From: Squalus acanthias
Taxonomy: Eukaryota
Assembly (NCBI GenBank): GCA_030390025.1
Contig: CM059432.1
Coordinates: 18,540,001 to 18,604,000 of the forward strand
Length of the DNA: 64,000 nt
Direction of reading: 5' to 3'
The notes beneath the pieces were generated by a model. The model had not been told where the DNA came from. It searched no databases and was given only the letters and a program-made list of their open reading frames with translations. A program made the translations under genes and the position numbers. This document shows positions 33,885 to 45,133 of this stretch, in pieces. How positions within the stretch are numbered: the first letter of the stretch is position 1; every line of letters starts with the position of its first letter.

Positions 33885-36563
33885 CTACGTCATGTAGCGT
33901 GACATGAAACCAAGATCCCGGTTGAGGCCGTCCTCATGTGTGCGAGACTTGGCTATCAGTTTCTGCTCGATGATTTTGCGTTGTCATGTGTCTCGAAGGC
34001 CGCCTTGGAGAATGCTTACCCGCAGATCCGAGGCTGAATGTCCTTGACTGCTGAAGTGTTCCCCGACTGGGAGGTAACAATCCTGCCTGGTGATTGATGC
34101 GCGGTGTCCGTTCATACGTTGTCTCAGTGTCTGCATGGTCTCGCCGATGTACCATGCTGCGGTGCATCCTTTCCTGCAACGTATGAGGTAGATAACGTTG
34201 GCCGAGTCACATGAGTATGTACCATGTACCTGGTGGGTAGTGTCCTCACATGTGATGATGGTATCTGTGTTGATGATCTGGCATGTCTTGCAGAGGTTGC
34301 CGTGGCAGGGTTGTGTGGTGTCGTGGTCGCTGTTCTCCTGACAGCTGGGTAATTTGCTGCGAACGATGGTACTTTTGAGGTTAGGCGGCTGCTTGAAGGC
34401 GAGTAGTGGAGGCATGGGGATGGCCTTAGCGAGGTGTTCATCGTCATCGATGATATGTTGAAGGCTGTGAAGAACATGGCATAGTTTCTCCACTCCGGGG
34501 AAGTACTGGACGACGTAGGGTACTCTGTTGGTTGTGTCCCGTGTTCGCCTTCTGAGGAGGTCTATGCGATTTTTCCCTGTGGCCCGTTGGAACTGTCGAT
34601 CGACGAGTCGAGCGTCATATCCCGTTCTTACGAGGGCGTCTTTCAGCGTCCGTAGGTGTCCATCGCGTTCCTCCTCGTCTGAGCAGATCCTGTGTATTCG
34701 CAGGGCTTGTCCATAGGGGATGGCTTCTTTAACGTGGTTAGGGTGGAAGCTGGAGAAGTGGAGCATCATGAGGTTGTCCGTGGGCTTGCGGTAGAGTGAA
34801 GTGCTGAGGTGTCCGTCTTTGATGGAGATTCGTGTGTCCAAGAATGAAACTGATTCTGAGGAGTATTCCATGGTGAGTTTGATGGTGGGATGGAACCTGT
34901 TGATGTTATCGTGTAGTCCTTTCAGTGATCCTTCGCCGTGGGTCCAAAGGAAGAAAATGTCGTCGATGTATCTGGTGTACAGTGTTGGTTGGAGGTCCTG
35001 TGCAGCGAAGAAGTCTTGCTCGAACTTGTGCATGAAGATGTTGGCGTATTGGGGTGCGAATTTGGTCCCCATGGCTGTTCCGTGTGTTTGGGTAAAAAAC
35101 TGGTTGTCGAAGGTGAAGACATTGTGGTCAAAGATGAAGCGGATGAGTTGTAGGATGGCGTCTGGAGATTGGCTGTTGTTGGTGTTGAGTACTGAGACTG
35201 TCGCAGCGATGCTGTCATCGTGGGGGATACTGGTGTAGAGTGCCGATACGTCCATCGTGGCGAGGAGTGTTCCTGGTTCAACTGGTCCGTGGGTGCTGAG
35301 TTTCTGTAAGAAGTCTATGGTGTCACGGCAGAAGCTGGGGGTTCCCTGTACGATGGGTTTCAGGATGCCCTCGACGTACCCAGAGAGGTTCTCACACAGG
35401 GTTCCGTTGCCTGATACGATAGGACGTCCGGGTGTGTTGGCTTTGTGTATCTTTGGGAGGCAGTAGAAGTCTCCCACGCGGGGAGTACATGGGATGAGAG
35501 CGCGTAGGATGCTTTGAAGGTCTGGATCGAAGGTCTTGATCAGTCTATTGAGTTGGCGGGTGTGTTCTTTGGTCGGATCTGCGGGTAACTGTCTGTAGTG
35601 TTCCTGGTTGTCCAGTTGTCGGTATGCTTCTTTGCAATAGTCCATTCTGTTCTGTATGACGATGGCTCCTCCTTTGTCCGCTGGTTTGATGACGATGTTG
35701 CGGTTGGTCTTGAGAGCGTGGATGGCGTTGCGTTGTGCTCGGGTGACATTCTGGACTGTCTTGTGAATGCGGCTGATGAATCTGGCGTTGATGCATTTCC
35801 TGACAGCTTGAGCATACATGTCAAGCTTAGGGCAGCGACCCTCCGGAGGGGTCCAATTTGACTCTTTCTTCTTCGGTTGCTGCACTGCGGGTCCCTCTGT
35901 CTGCTGTTCCGGATCATTGATTGTCTCATTGGGTTCGTTGCTGACATCTTGGGATTTGTGGAAGTATTCCCGGATCCTCATTCTCTTGATGAATTCCTCT
36001 GTGTCTGCCGCGAGACCGATGGGGTCCATTTTGGTGGTGGGGCAGAACTTGAGCCCTCGGGCGAGAACTTCAATTTCGTCTGGTTGAAGCGTGTGGTCGG
36101 ACAAGTTGACGATGGACTTCCCTGTGGTTGCAACCGTGGTACCGGGGGAGGCTTGGTTGCTGCTGGTGGTGATGCCGAGTTTCTCAAGCTTCCTGTTCTT
36201 GATGCGCTTGTAGGCAGCGTAGTTCCGTTGCTATGTCTGTTTGGCGGTGTCTCGTAGCTGGTCTGCTGTGTCCTGAGCACAGGCTGAGAGCATGGACTCT
36301 ATCTTGGTTTCGAGGTTGCGGCGTCTGCTGTAGAGCTGGTGTACGAGATGGTTGAGGAGTGTGCGAGAGGTACAACGGCAGAGTCTCTCAGCGTAGTCTG
36401 TGTTGTATGTCGACTTGAGTGGGTTCGTGATCTGTAGTCCTTTCGGGATCTTGTCTGCTTTCTTGCATCTCTGTAGATACTTGAGGTCTGTGTCGATATG
36501 CGCGATCTTCTTGGAGATTCTCTCCACTTTGAGCTGGCAGTTTGTGGTGTCAATACTGGCCAT
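33885..36563 (-). pseudogene. Penelope (probably Neptune-type) RT and GIY-YIG endonuclease ORF, about 892 codons, two premature stops
   Basis: One frame from MASIDTT to FMSRYMT*, with stops at 36231-36233 and 33984-33986. Motifs KPADKG, MDVSALYTSI, GTAMG, RYIDD, CHGNLCKTC and VIYLIRC...WYIGET. Confidence 0.92.
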
Positions 36564-36635
36564 GATGCGGAGATGCCGGTGTTGGACTGGGGTGGACAAA
36601 AATGAGAAGTCGCACAACACCAGGTTATAGTCCAA

Positions 36636-37816
36636 GGGGGAGAAATTCAGTATCGCCCATTTGGGGCGCAATTATCGGCCGGGCGCAAAGATTAGCGCCT
36701 GGCGCTAATTATCGCCACCGACTGCAAACTTGACTTTTATCGCCCCTGGAGGTGATTGCAGCGCTATATCAAGCGCTTCACACCTGTCTTAAGGCGCAAA
36801 GGCCGAGGAGCGAGGCGCTACCTCAGAGAGCTGGCGAAGCTCATGTAATGCCAGTCTAGCAATGGAACACACACACAATGTCATGGGCCAGTTCTTAAAG
36901 GGGATGGTTAATCTTGCTTTCCATCCACATCCTGCTCATTGCAGCCTTGAATCTCGGCCTGGAGAGACCTGCACATCAAATGTGCTGGAAAGAACAATGG
37001 AGAGTACCAGGCAAAGAGCTCAGAGTAAACATAGAAACATAGAAACATAGAATCTAGAAGCAGGAGTAGGCCATTCGGCCCGTCGAGCCTGCTCCACCAT
37101 TCAATACGATCATGGCTGATCATCCAAATCCAGTACCCTGTCCCTGCTTTAATCCCCACAGTACACATATCCCACCCTACCCCCATAACCCCACGTATTT
37201 AATTCCCCCTAACATATCCCATCCTATCCCCATAACCCCACATATTTAATCCCCCCTTAACACTAAGGGTCAATTTATCATAGCCAAATCAACCTAACCC
37301 GCACATTTTTGAGTACAGCCCCCACAGTCTCTGCTAAATCGATACAAGGAATGGCAAATCAAAATGAACCTGCAAAGTGCTGCTCAGTACCCAAAACTCC
37401 TTCACACAACGTTGAATCTCTCCAGAAGTCTCTCCCTCTCTCTCTCAGAATGCGTAGTTCAAAAATGGCACCAACAATAAAAGGCAGGAAGCGGTCACCT
37501 TTAAATAGTGCTCCCCCTTTCCCTTCATGACTGCAGAACGCTCCCCTCAACCTGTCATTGTTAGCGTCAGGCGGTAAGGCAGGGGGTGCCACTCAATATC
37601 CGCTCCGGGGCGATACCGGGGCGTTGCGCACTCGAGTGATGTCATGATCTGCCGGCGCAGGAGATCGTGGCGGTAGTGTTTAGCGCCGCCGCAAAATGTC
37701 TAGTTAATTTCGCGAGCGGCGCAAACTTCGCCGCGCCTGGGCGCTAGATGCTTTGCGCCCCATTAGCACCCTCTTAAGGTGCTAACGGGAGGCGCAACCA
37801 ACTGAATTTTTCCCCC
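36636..37816. mobile_element. Harbinger MITE H1 inserted in the Penelope 5' pLTR
   Basis: Same TIRs as 2549-3428; CAA TSD; pLTR sequence resumes exactly after it. Confidence 0.9.
37028..37310 (-). mobile_element. 5'-truncated V-SINE (HE1-like) with CR1 tail
   Basis: V-domain-like ATGTGCGGGTTAGGTTGATTTGGCTATGATAAATTGACCCTTAGTG, CR1-type tail, TSD GAGTA. Confidence 0.7.
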
Positions 37817-37834
37817 CAACAGTTTTATTTGAAA

Positions 37835-37871
37835 TCATGAGCTTTCGGAGCGCTGCTCCTTCGTCAGGTAA
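37835..37871 (-). ncRNA. Minimal hammerhead motif in the 5' pLTR
   Basis: CUGACGA...GAAAGCUC core intact; first stem I pair mismatched. Confidence 0.65.
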
Positions 37872-40248
37872 AGTGAGGGAATACAAATCAGCAAAGCATA
37901 TATAGACAGAGAACAATCTGTTTCTGACTGCCCTCCATCACACCTCGGCAGAGATACAATCAGTCAGGAAGGCATTACATCAAAGACACAGCAAAATACA
38001 GCTAAGACAATGAGGTGGGGTCACAGGGGGTCCAACGTGTCAAATGCTGCAGTCTGCATTAAAGGAACATTAAAGGAACATTTCACTATCTCTGATTGAT
38101 TGATTTACTGCAAAAAGGAAGGAAAGCTGTATAAAGCACAATGGCTAAAGAATATCAGCACTGCAGTCAGAAGAAGGTGGCTTGGCCACTCATCTCGCCG
38201 AGGATCAAGCTGCAGTCGGAGGAAGGAGGGGCCTGGCCAGTCTTTTCGCTTAAGAGGACCTACAATCAACGCTGGACCGATCATCGGCGGGTGGTTGTAT
38301 GTATGATTTCCTGTAATATTATTGGTGAACTGCTCGAATAGTGGTTGGGGTTTTGAATCTGTCTTAGGAACAATAAAAGGTTAAAGACAGAACCCGTGTG
38401 TCTGGTGTAATTTCTCATGAGTCTCAAGTCTGAACTCTATAACCTGTTGGACGGGGCGAGGGGTAATTCCGCACGTCTTACACGGGGGCGGTCAGATGAC
38501 GAGAATGGGTCAGGGGTCTGTTACACTAGATTTTATGAGTCCAATGCATTTTTTTCAGGAAATGAAATTAAAGGCACCTGTACATATTGTTTGTCATTAT
38601 CATCCTAGCAACGTGGCTGCTCGTAATGCCAGAACATAATAGGTGTCCAGCGTTGCTAATTAAGGCACATGGCTTTGAATGCCCACAGCGGTGAGTGCAA
38701 TCAATTCAGGGGCCATCAATGCACTCATCTACAACCGCACGTTTGATATCACAAGGATGCCTGTCACTTTGGACTGCAGCAGATATCTAGCTACAGTAGG
38801 AGAAGCCATTTCCCAACCCCCCCACCCCCACCCCCCGCCACCACTCCCACTTAGTCCCAAACTTCTGGGTTCAGTTTGATACACTACTGGCAACCCGCTC
38901 TCATGAATCATGACACCAATGTCCAAATGCAATGAAGCTTGTACTACAGCCAAAAGTATCACACATACCATTTCAAGCAGCACTACACATGTCTAGACAA
39001 ATTGGCATGCCTGACAGTATAACCCTCATCCCTACCTCCAGGGTTTGTACAATAATGTTGTGTGTGGCATGCTCCATAGCTTCTTTCTGAAAAGAGGCCT
39101 CAGTATTTATGTTGAAAAGCAGCACGGCAACACCATGTTGTGGGAATGAGAGTCCACACTTCCTGAGTACCTCAATGTCCTGGGCAGCCTGTGGGACCAG
39201 CGCACGATGAGTTAAAATAGCATTCTGCTGAGCATGGGATTGTAAGCTATGTATTGTGTAAGGGAGCTCAAGGCAATGGGAATCTCCATAGATAAGGAGG
39301 ATGATGGAATATTTGAAAGTAGGCGCTCAGCAATGTCTGAGATGACCTGGAATATGTCAGCCTGGTCCCTGGAAATGGGTGAGTTCAAGAGGACAACGTA
39401 ACCATGGTAACGAGATGATTGGAATGGATTAAGTAGGGCAAAGTGCATTTTGCTGGGTCCATGTTTGTTATTCTGCTGTCACCTGCATGTATCTTTGCTT
39501 CACTACGATTTATTGGTAATATGCATGGAATGGAATGATTAAAGGTAAAAATGGTAAAGAAGTGTGAGCGAATCACTGTATAGAAGCACTCATATGGGAA
39601 TTGTGAGCATGGTGTCGCAATAAAGACCTGATCCTGCATTGTTACAACTGTATTTGTGTGTCTACTCTGGTGTTTTAGGTAACGAGATGAATTCGAACGA
39701 GAAAGCTGTCCAATACTTGGCAGGGTGAAAAGGTGAAAATGCCAATCGAGAATTAGTATCAGTACCAGCAAGGAAGATTGGACCAATAGGCACTAATTCC
39801 ACATATCTTCCAAAGAGTACCACAGCCACACCGTTTTCGTAAAAGGTCAAATCATACCTACCATGTAAAAGTGTCCAAACCGCCTTGTTCTATACTTTCA
39901 GACTCATTCCTCCAATGCTATCTACTGCCATCTTATGTTGGGCTCTTGCTATATTGTAATCAATAAATAGCTAGCACAATGCTCAAGTCATATCAGTGCA
40001 ACTACTGTACAACCTTTATCGTGTAACATGTGAATCTTATCATTGAATCATAGAATTTTACAGCACAGGAGGAGACTATTCTGCCCATCACAGCTATGCT
40101 GATTCTCTGAAAGAGCCATAAACATAGTTCCATTCTTCTGCCCATTTCCCAAATCTTTTTAAATGTTTCTTATTTCAAATATTTATCCACTTCCCTTTTA
40201 AACGCTATTTTGCTTCCACCCCTGTTTCCGGCAGGGCATTCCATGTCC

Positions 40249-40749
40249 CTGTAAGAAGGACATGGAAGGCTAAAGATATTCCGGTAAAAACGAAGTTAAG
40301 TGTTTATGAAGCGATGATTATCCCCTAATTATTGTACGGGTCTGAGTGTTGGAATAGGGGAAAAGTTGACAAGCAAAAGATACTAACAGCAGAGATGAGT
40401 TGGTTAAGAGGAATACTGGGAGCATCCAGGATGCAAAGAATCATGACTGATGGAATAGGAACATGGCTTGGACAAGTAACAACGCTTACAAGGAAGATCC
40501 TAGAAAGACGACTGCGATGGTTTGCACAGGTTCCAAGACTGGAAACAGCTAGAGTACCTTTCATGGTCCTGCAAACATAGATACATGGGACAGGAAGCGC
40601 TGGATAGACAATGTCAAGGGCAACTTGTCACAGAAAGGGATACAGATGACTGAAGCGGCCGGGCTAGTTCAGAACTGACAACAGTGGAGTGAAGTCATTC
40701 GGTCCCATTCTCGCTGCTGAGCTGACGGATGACATTTTAGCAGTAACAG
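40249..40749 (+). mobile_element. RTE-clade LINE 3' fragment inside an old CR1
   Basis: TKLSVYEAMIIP*LLYGSECW...RRLRWF...RKRWIDNV; TSD TCCATGTCC at 40240-40248 and 40750-40758. Confidence 0.8.
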
Positions 40750-41331
40750 TCCATGTCCTAACAATCCACTGAATTAAAAAACTCTCCCTTTGTTCATTTG
40801 GTGATTTACAATTATGCCTTCGTAGTTACTGGCTTGCCGACCAGTGAAAATGATCAAACCTTCACATGCTGGCAGCTTGAGTTGGCATTGTGTTGCCCTT
40901 ATTGTTTCTACTTTGTTTCAGATATTTGACGCCTAACCTACCATTATTCCTAAATGATTCCCCTGTAGAAGAAGTAGGTAAGTTGACAGACTTCAAAAGC
41001 AGCTGGGATTCTGCTGGTCTTAGACCTCTTTGTCTATGTTTTGGCAGAATTCTGAAAATGAGTCAGTCACATCCTGAATCTGACAGCTCTCACCTCATAG
41101 AGCAAAGCAATATATACATTTACAGCAATGGAGCTGTTCAGTTAAAAGTGAAAATTAATACTGGCAATAGAAGCAAGTTTTTTGTTTTGTTTAAAAAGCC
41201 ACATTGAGAAGTTTGCTCACTTGGTTCCTGGGAAAGAAATACTCTGTTCCCCATGGCAACTTCAAACTGGAGAACAACATGTTGCATGCAGGATAAAATC
41301 ATTTTCCAGATGGTTCCCTTACAGCCAATGG

Positions 41332-42659
41332 AAAGAAAGATAACATTGCATTCATATAGTACCTTTCACAACTTAGGACGTCTCAAATCGTTTCATAGTC
41401 AATGAAGTACTTTTGAAGTCCCATTACTATAGTAATGTAGGGAAACACAGCAACCAATTTGTCCAACAAACAGCAATGAGATAAAGGGGTAGAAATTAGG
41501 TCGCGCCCCATTTGGGGCGCAAATATCGTCTGGACACAAATATTAGCGCCTGGCGCTAATTATCGGCACTGACAGGAAACTTCACTTTTACCGCCCCCGG
41601 GAGGTGAGTGGAGCGCTAAAGCAGGCGCTGCACACCTGTCTTAAGGCGCAAAGGCCAAGGAGTGAGGCGCTAACTCAGAGCGCTGGCGAAGCTCATGTAA
41701 TGTCAGTCAGCAATGAAACACACACACAATGGCACGGGCCAGTTCTTAAAGGGGATGGTTAATCTTGCTTTCCATCCACATCCTGTTCATTGCAGCCTTG
41801 AATCTCGGCCTGGAGAGACTTGCACATCAAATGTGCTGGAAAGAACAATGGAGAGTACCAGGCAAAGAGCTCAGAGTGCAGCTCCCACAGTCTCTGCTAA
41901 ATCGATACAAGGAATGGCAAATCAAAATGAACCTGCAAAGTGCTGCTCAGTACCCAAAACTCCTTCACACAACGTTGAATCTCTCCAGAAGTCTCTCCCT
42001 CTCTCTCTCAGAATGCGTAGTTCAAAAATGCCACCAACAATAAAAGCCAGGAAGAGGCCCCCTTTAAATAGCGCCCCCCCCCAGCCCCACAGCGATTGAT
42101 AGCGTTCCAGTCTTCTGGTCGTTGGATGCGCCAGGCGGTAAGGCAGGGGGCGCCACTCAATTTCCGCTCCGGGGCGCCACAAGGGCGTTGCACCATGGAA
42201 TGACATCACAATCTGCGCGCGCAGGTGGTCGCAGCGGTAAGTTTTAGCGCCGCCGCACAATCTCAAGTTAAGTTCTCGAGCGGCGCAAACATCGCTGCGC
42301 ACGGGCGTTAGCGGCTTTGCGCCCCATTAGCGCCCTCTTAAGGCGCTAACGGGAGGCGCAACCAAGTGAATTTTTACCCCAAAAGGTCAAATATTCTATT
42401 CTTAGATGATGTTGGTTGAGGGATGAATTTGGCCAATACAACTTCTCAATTTTCAAATAGTGTCCATGGGATCTTTCACATTACCTGAGGGAGCAGACAA
42501 GGCCCTGATTTAATGTCTCATCCACAAGATGGCACCTCCATCAGCACAGTACTCTCCCACTAGTAGCCTAGATTCCATGCTCAAGTATCTTGCAGTGGGA
42601 GTTTGAACCCATGACCTTCTGACCTAGGGGACAAGAGTACTATCATTGAGCCAAAGCTG
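41332..42659 (-). mobile_element. Older DeuSINE split by a MITE
   Basis: Tail part at 41332-41485 and head part at 42384-42659. Confidence 0.7.
41486..42380. mobile_element. Harbinger MITE, family H1
   Basis: TIRs GGGGTAGAAATT / AATTTTTACCCC with AAA TSD. Confidence 0.85.
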
Positions 42660-42859
42660 ATACAATAACAGCTTGCCTTTCACATGGATAAAGTAGGATG
42701 ATATTTGCCTTCTGACTTCAGAATGGAGAAATATTAAGCAGTTTGGGGCCTTTTCTTGGAGGTTTACTTGGCACAGAATCCATCCCTTTCCAGCACAGCA
42801 TCCCAGAGAGTGAAATGACCACTGGTAAGCAGGGCGTCCCATCTCCCCAAACCCAACTA

Positions 42860-43580
42860 GAATCAGAGAGTCATAGAATGGTTACAGCACAGAAGGAGGC
42901 CATTCAGCCCATCGAGCCCATGCCGGCTCTCTGCAAGAGCACTTCAGCTAGTCCCACTCCCCTGCCCTTTCCCCGTAACCCTGCAATTTTTTTTCCTTCA
43001 GGTAGGTACTTATCCAATTCCCTTTTGAAAGCCACGATTGAATCTGCCTCCACCACCCTTTCAGGCAGTGCATTCCAGATCCTAACCACTCGCTGTGTAA
43101 AAAGGTTTTTCCTCATGTCGCCTTTGGTTCTTCTGCCAATCACCCTCAATCTGTGTCCTCTGGCTCTTGACCCTTCCACCAATGGGAACAGTTTCTCTGT
43201 AGCTACTCTGTCTAGACCCATCATGATTTTGAACACCTCTATCAAATCTCCTCTCAACCTTCTCTGCGCTAAGGAGAACAACACCAGCTTCTCCAGTCTA
43301 TCCACGTAACTGAAGTCCCTTATCCCTGGAACTATTCTTGTAAATCTTTTTTGCACCCTCTCCAAGACCTCCACATCCTTCCTAAAGTGGGGTGCCCAGA
43401 ATTGGACACAATACTGCAGTTGAGGCCGAACCAGTGTTTTATAAAGGTTCATCATAACTTCCTTGTACACTAAGCCTCTATTTATAAAGCCCAGGATCCC
43501 GTATGCTTTTTTAACCGCTTTCTCAACCTTCAACGATTTTTGCACATAACCCCCAGGTCTCTCTGTTCCTGCACCCCCTC
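42860..43580 (-). mobile_element. CR1 LINE 3' fragment
   Basis: ORF 42904-43545 with LYKTLVRPQLQYCVQFWAP...RRLRGDLIEVFK. Confidence 0.9.
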
Positions 43581-45133
43581 TAGGGGAATCAAGGGATATG
43601 GGGATCAGGCGGAAGAGTGAAGTTGAGGTTGCGGATCAACCATGATCTTATTGAATGGCGGAGCAGGTTCGAGGTGCTGTAAGGCCTACTCCTGCTCCTA
43701 TTTCTTATGTCTGATCCACAAAGACCAAGAACAAATAAATTGCTTCAATCCCTTCAATTAAGAGCATTACCAGTACAGGTACAGTCATGTCAAGCAACTA
43801 GAATGCATTAATGCACTCCTCCCACTTATGTAATGACTACATAAAATATATATGTGAATGTACACTTCTGAGAATTCAATAAAAAAGGGCGATTGTGTGC
43901 AGGTCAGCAGAATTACCCACGCATGCTTGATTTTTGACCTCCTTTGACCAATGCTGATAAGGAGAAGTGACTGCTACCCTTATCCATTGCAACACCTACT
44001 GGAAATGTTCCTCGAAATGTTGTCCTTTCCAGAGCTAAAGTGCACATTAGTGGGATAGGACTCCAAAGGCAGAGCTGTTAATATTGAATAAAAAGTAGGT
44101 GTGAGATTTTCAGTCAGAAGTCAGCCGTATACGCAAAGCTTTACTTCACACTGAAAAGATAAAATAGTTCAAAGCGCCTCTATCACATGAGTTACAGTGG
44201 CAGCTTCAGTCCGATTTCACAGTCCTTTTAACTGCTGATGCAGCAAAAGAGCCCCCGATCGTCTTCAGTTACCATTACAGTGGCTGAATCGCATCTCCTG
44301 GTAACCACAGGAAAACTGCTTCAAGCCAATATTCTGTCAGAAACTACCTGTAAGGGTGGTTTCATATCAGGAATGATGGAATCTTGCCACTATGGAAAAG
44401 CAGCTGTTGCAAAGTTCTGGCAATAAATGTACATTTTTAAAAGTTAAAACATAACCTGATATTGTGCACTATTTTAATGATTGAAAAGAACTGACTATCT
44501 TGTCAGCTATTTTCAATTATTCGTAGTTACACCAATATAGGAGGCCCCTAAATAGCATTGGTGGTTGTGAGTGTGGATGATGTACCTGTGGTTCTCTTTT
44601 GTTTTCTCTGCTGCAGGGCAATTGCTAGATCTGGGGCTGTTCTCCGATTTGGAGCAGAAAAATCCTGTATTAAACCTGCAGAGGACTCAGCGCATCTGTG
44701 GATGCTCTAATGGCCCAATCAGCGAAAGCAAAAGAAACTGCAGAGGTGGGAAATGAGTCATTTTTAACTGGGAGGCCGTGGGATGTTTGCGTAGTATTCA
44801 TCATGATCCTGAGCCTGGGCAGAAATGATTGTCTAGGTGTAGCGAATACAGGAAAATCAGGCAGCTCATCTAATGATTCCTTGCTGGCATTTGCCCTTCC
44901 TCTCATACTCGCTGCACCCATTCAATCTAATACACCCAGGCACAGGATCTGGAAAACCTAACCTGCCCCTCTGACTGAGGAGCAGGCAAGTCCCTCTGAT
45001 CCATCAGTAACACCAGCACCTCAAATAGGTATCTTCTCCCAGAGCTCCAAGAAAATAGACATCCTAAACGCACTGCTCCGACTGCCATGCTCTGAACCCT
45101 TAGTCATCAGACAGCAAGAAAATGGGTTTTAAG

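Larger units (their letters stand above)
33493..38056 (-). mobile_element. Near full-length Penelope-like retroelement with two direct pLTRs
   Basis: About 315-bp direct repeats (33493-33807 and 36560-36635 plus 37820-38056) flank an RT/GIY-YIG ORF. TSD AACATTAAAGG at 33482-33492 and 38066-38076. Confidence 0.93.
33081..38482 (+). mobile_element. Solo LTR of about 830 bp (33081-33492 and 38077-38482), split by a Penelope element
   Basis: TG...CA ends, TATAAA at 38130, AATAAA at 38372; homologous to the minus-strand copy at 51055-55192. No TSD discernible. Confidence 0.8.

Noticed and set aside
34124..36280. Overlapping alternative and antisense ORFs in the Penelope element
   Set aside because: Shadow frames of the RT/GIY-YIG coding sequence.
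37164..37260. CRISPR-like or satellite array
   Set aside because: Only a two-unit tandem duplication inside a V-SINE; no spacers, no cas genes, eukaryotic context.
42860..43710. Twin-priming inversion of one CR1
   Set aside because: The plus-strand tail at 43581-43710 belongs to a different CR1 subfamily and no shared TSD was seen.
44617..44744. Plus-strand exon after a pyrimidine tract
   Set aside because: Weak donor and unrecognised peptide; not supportable without transcripts.
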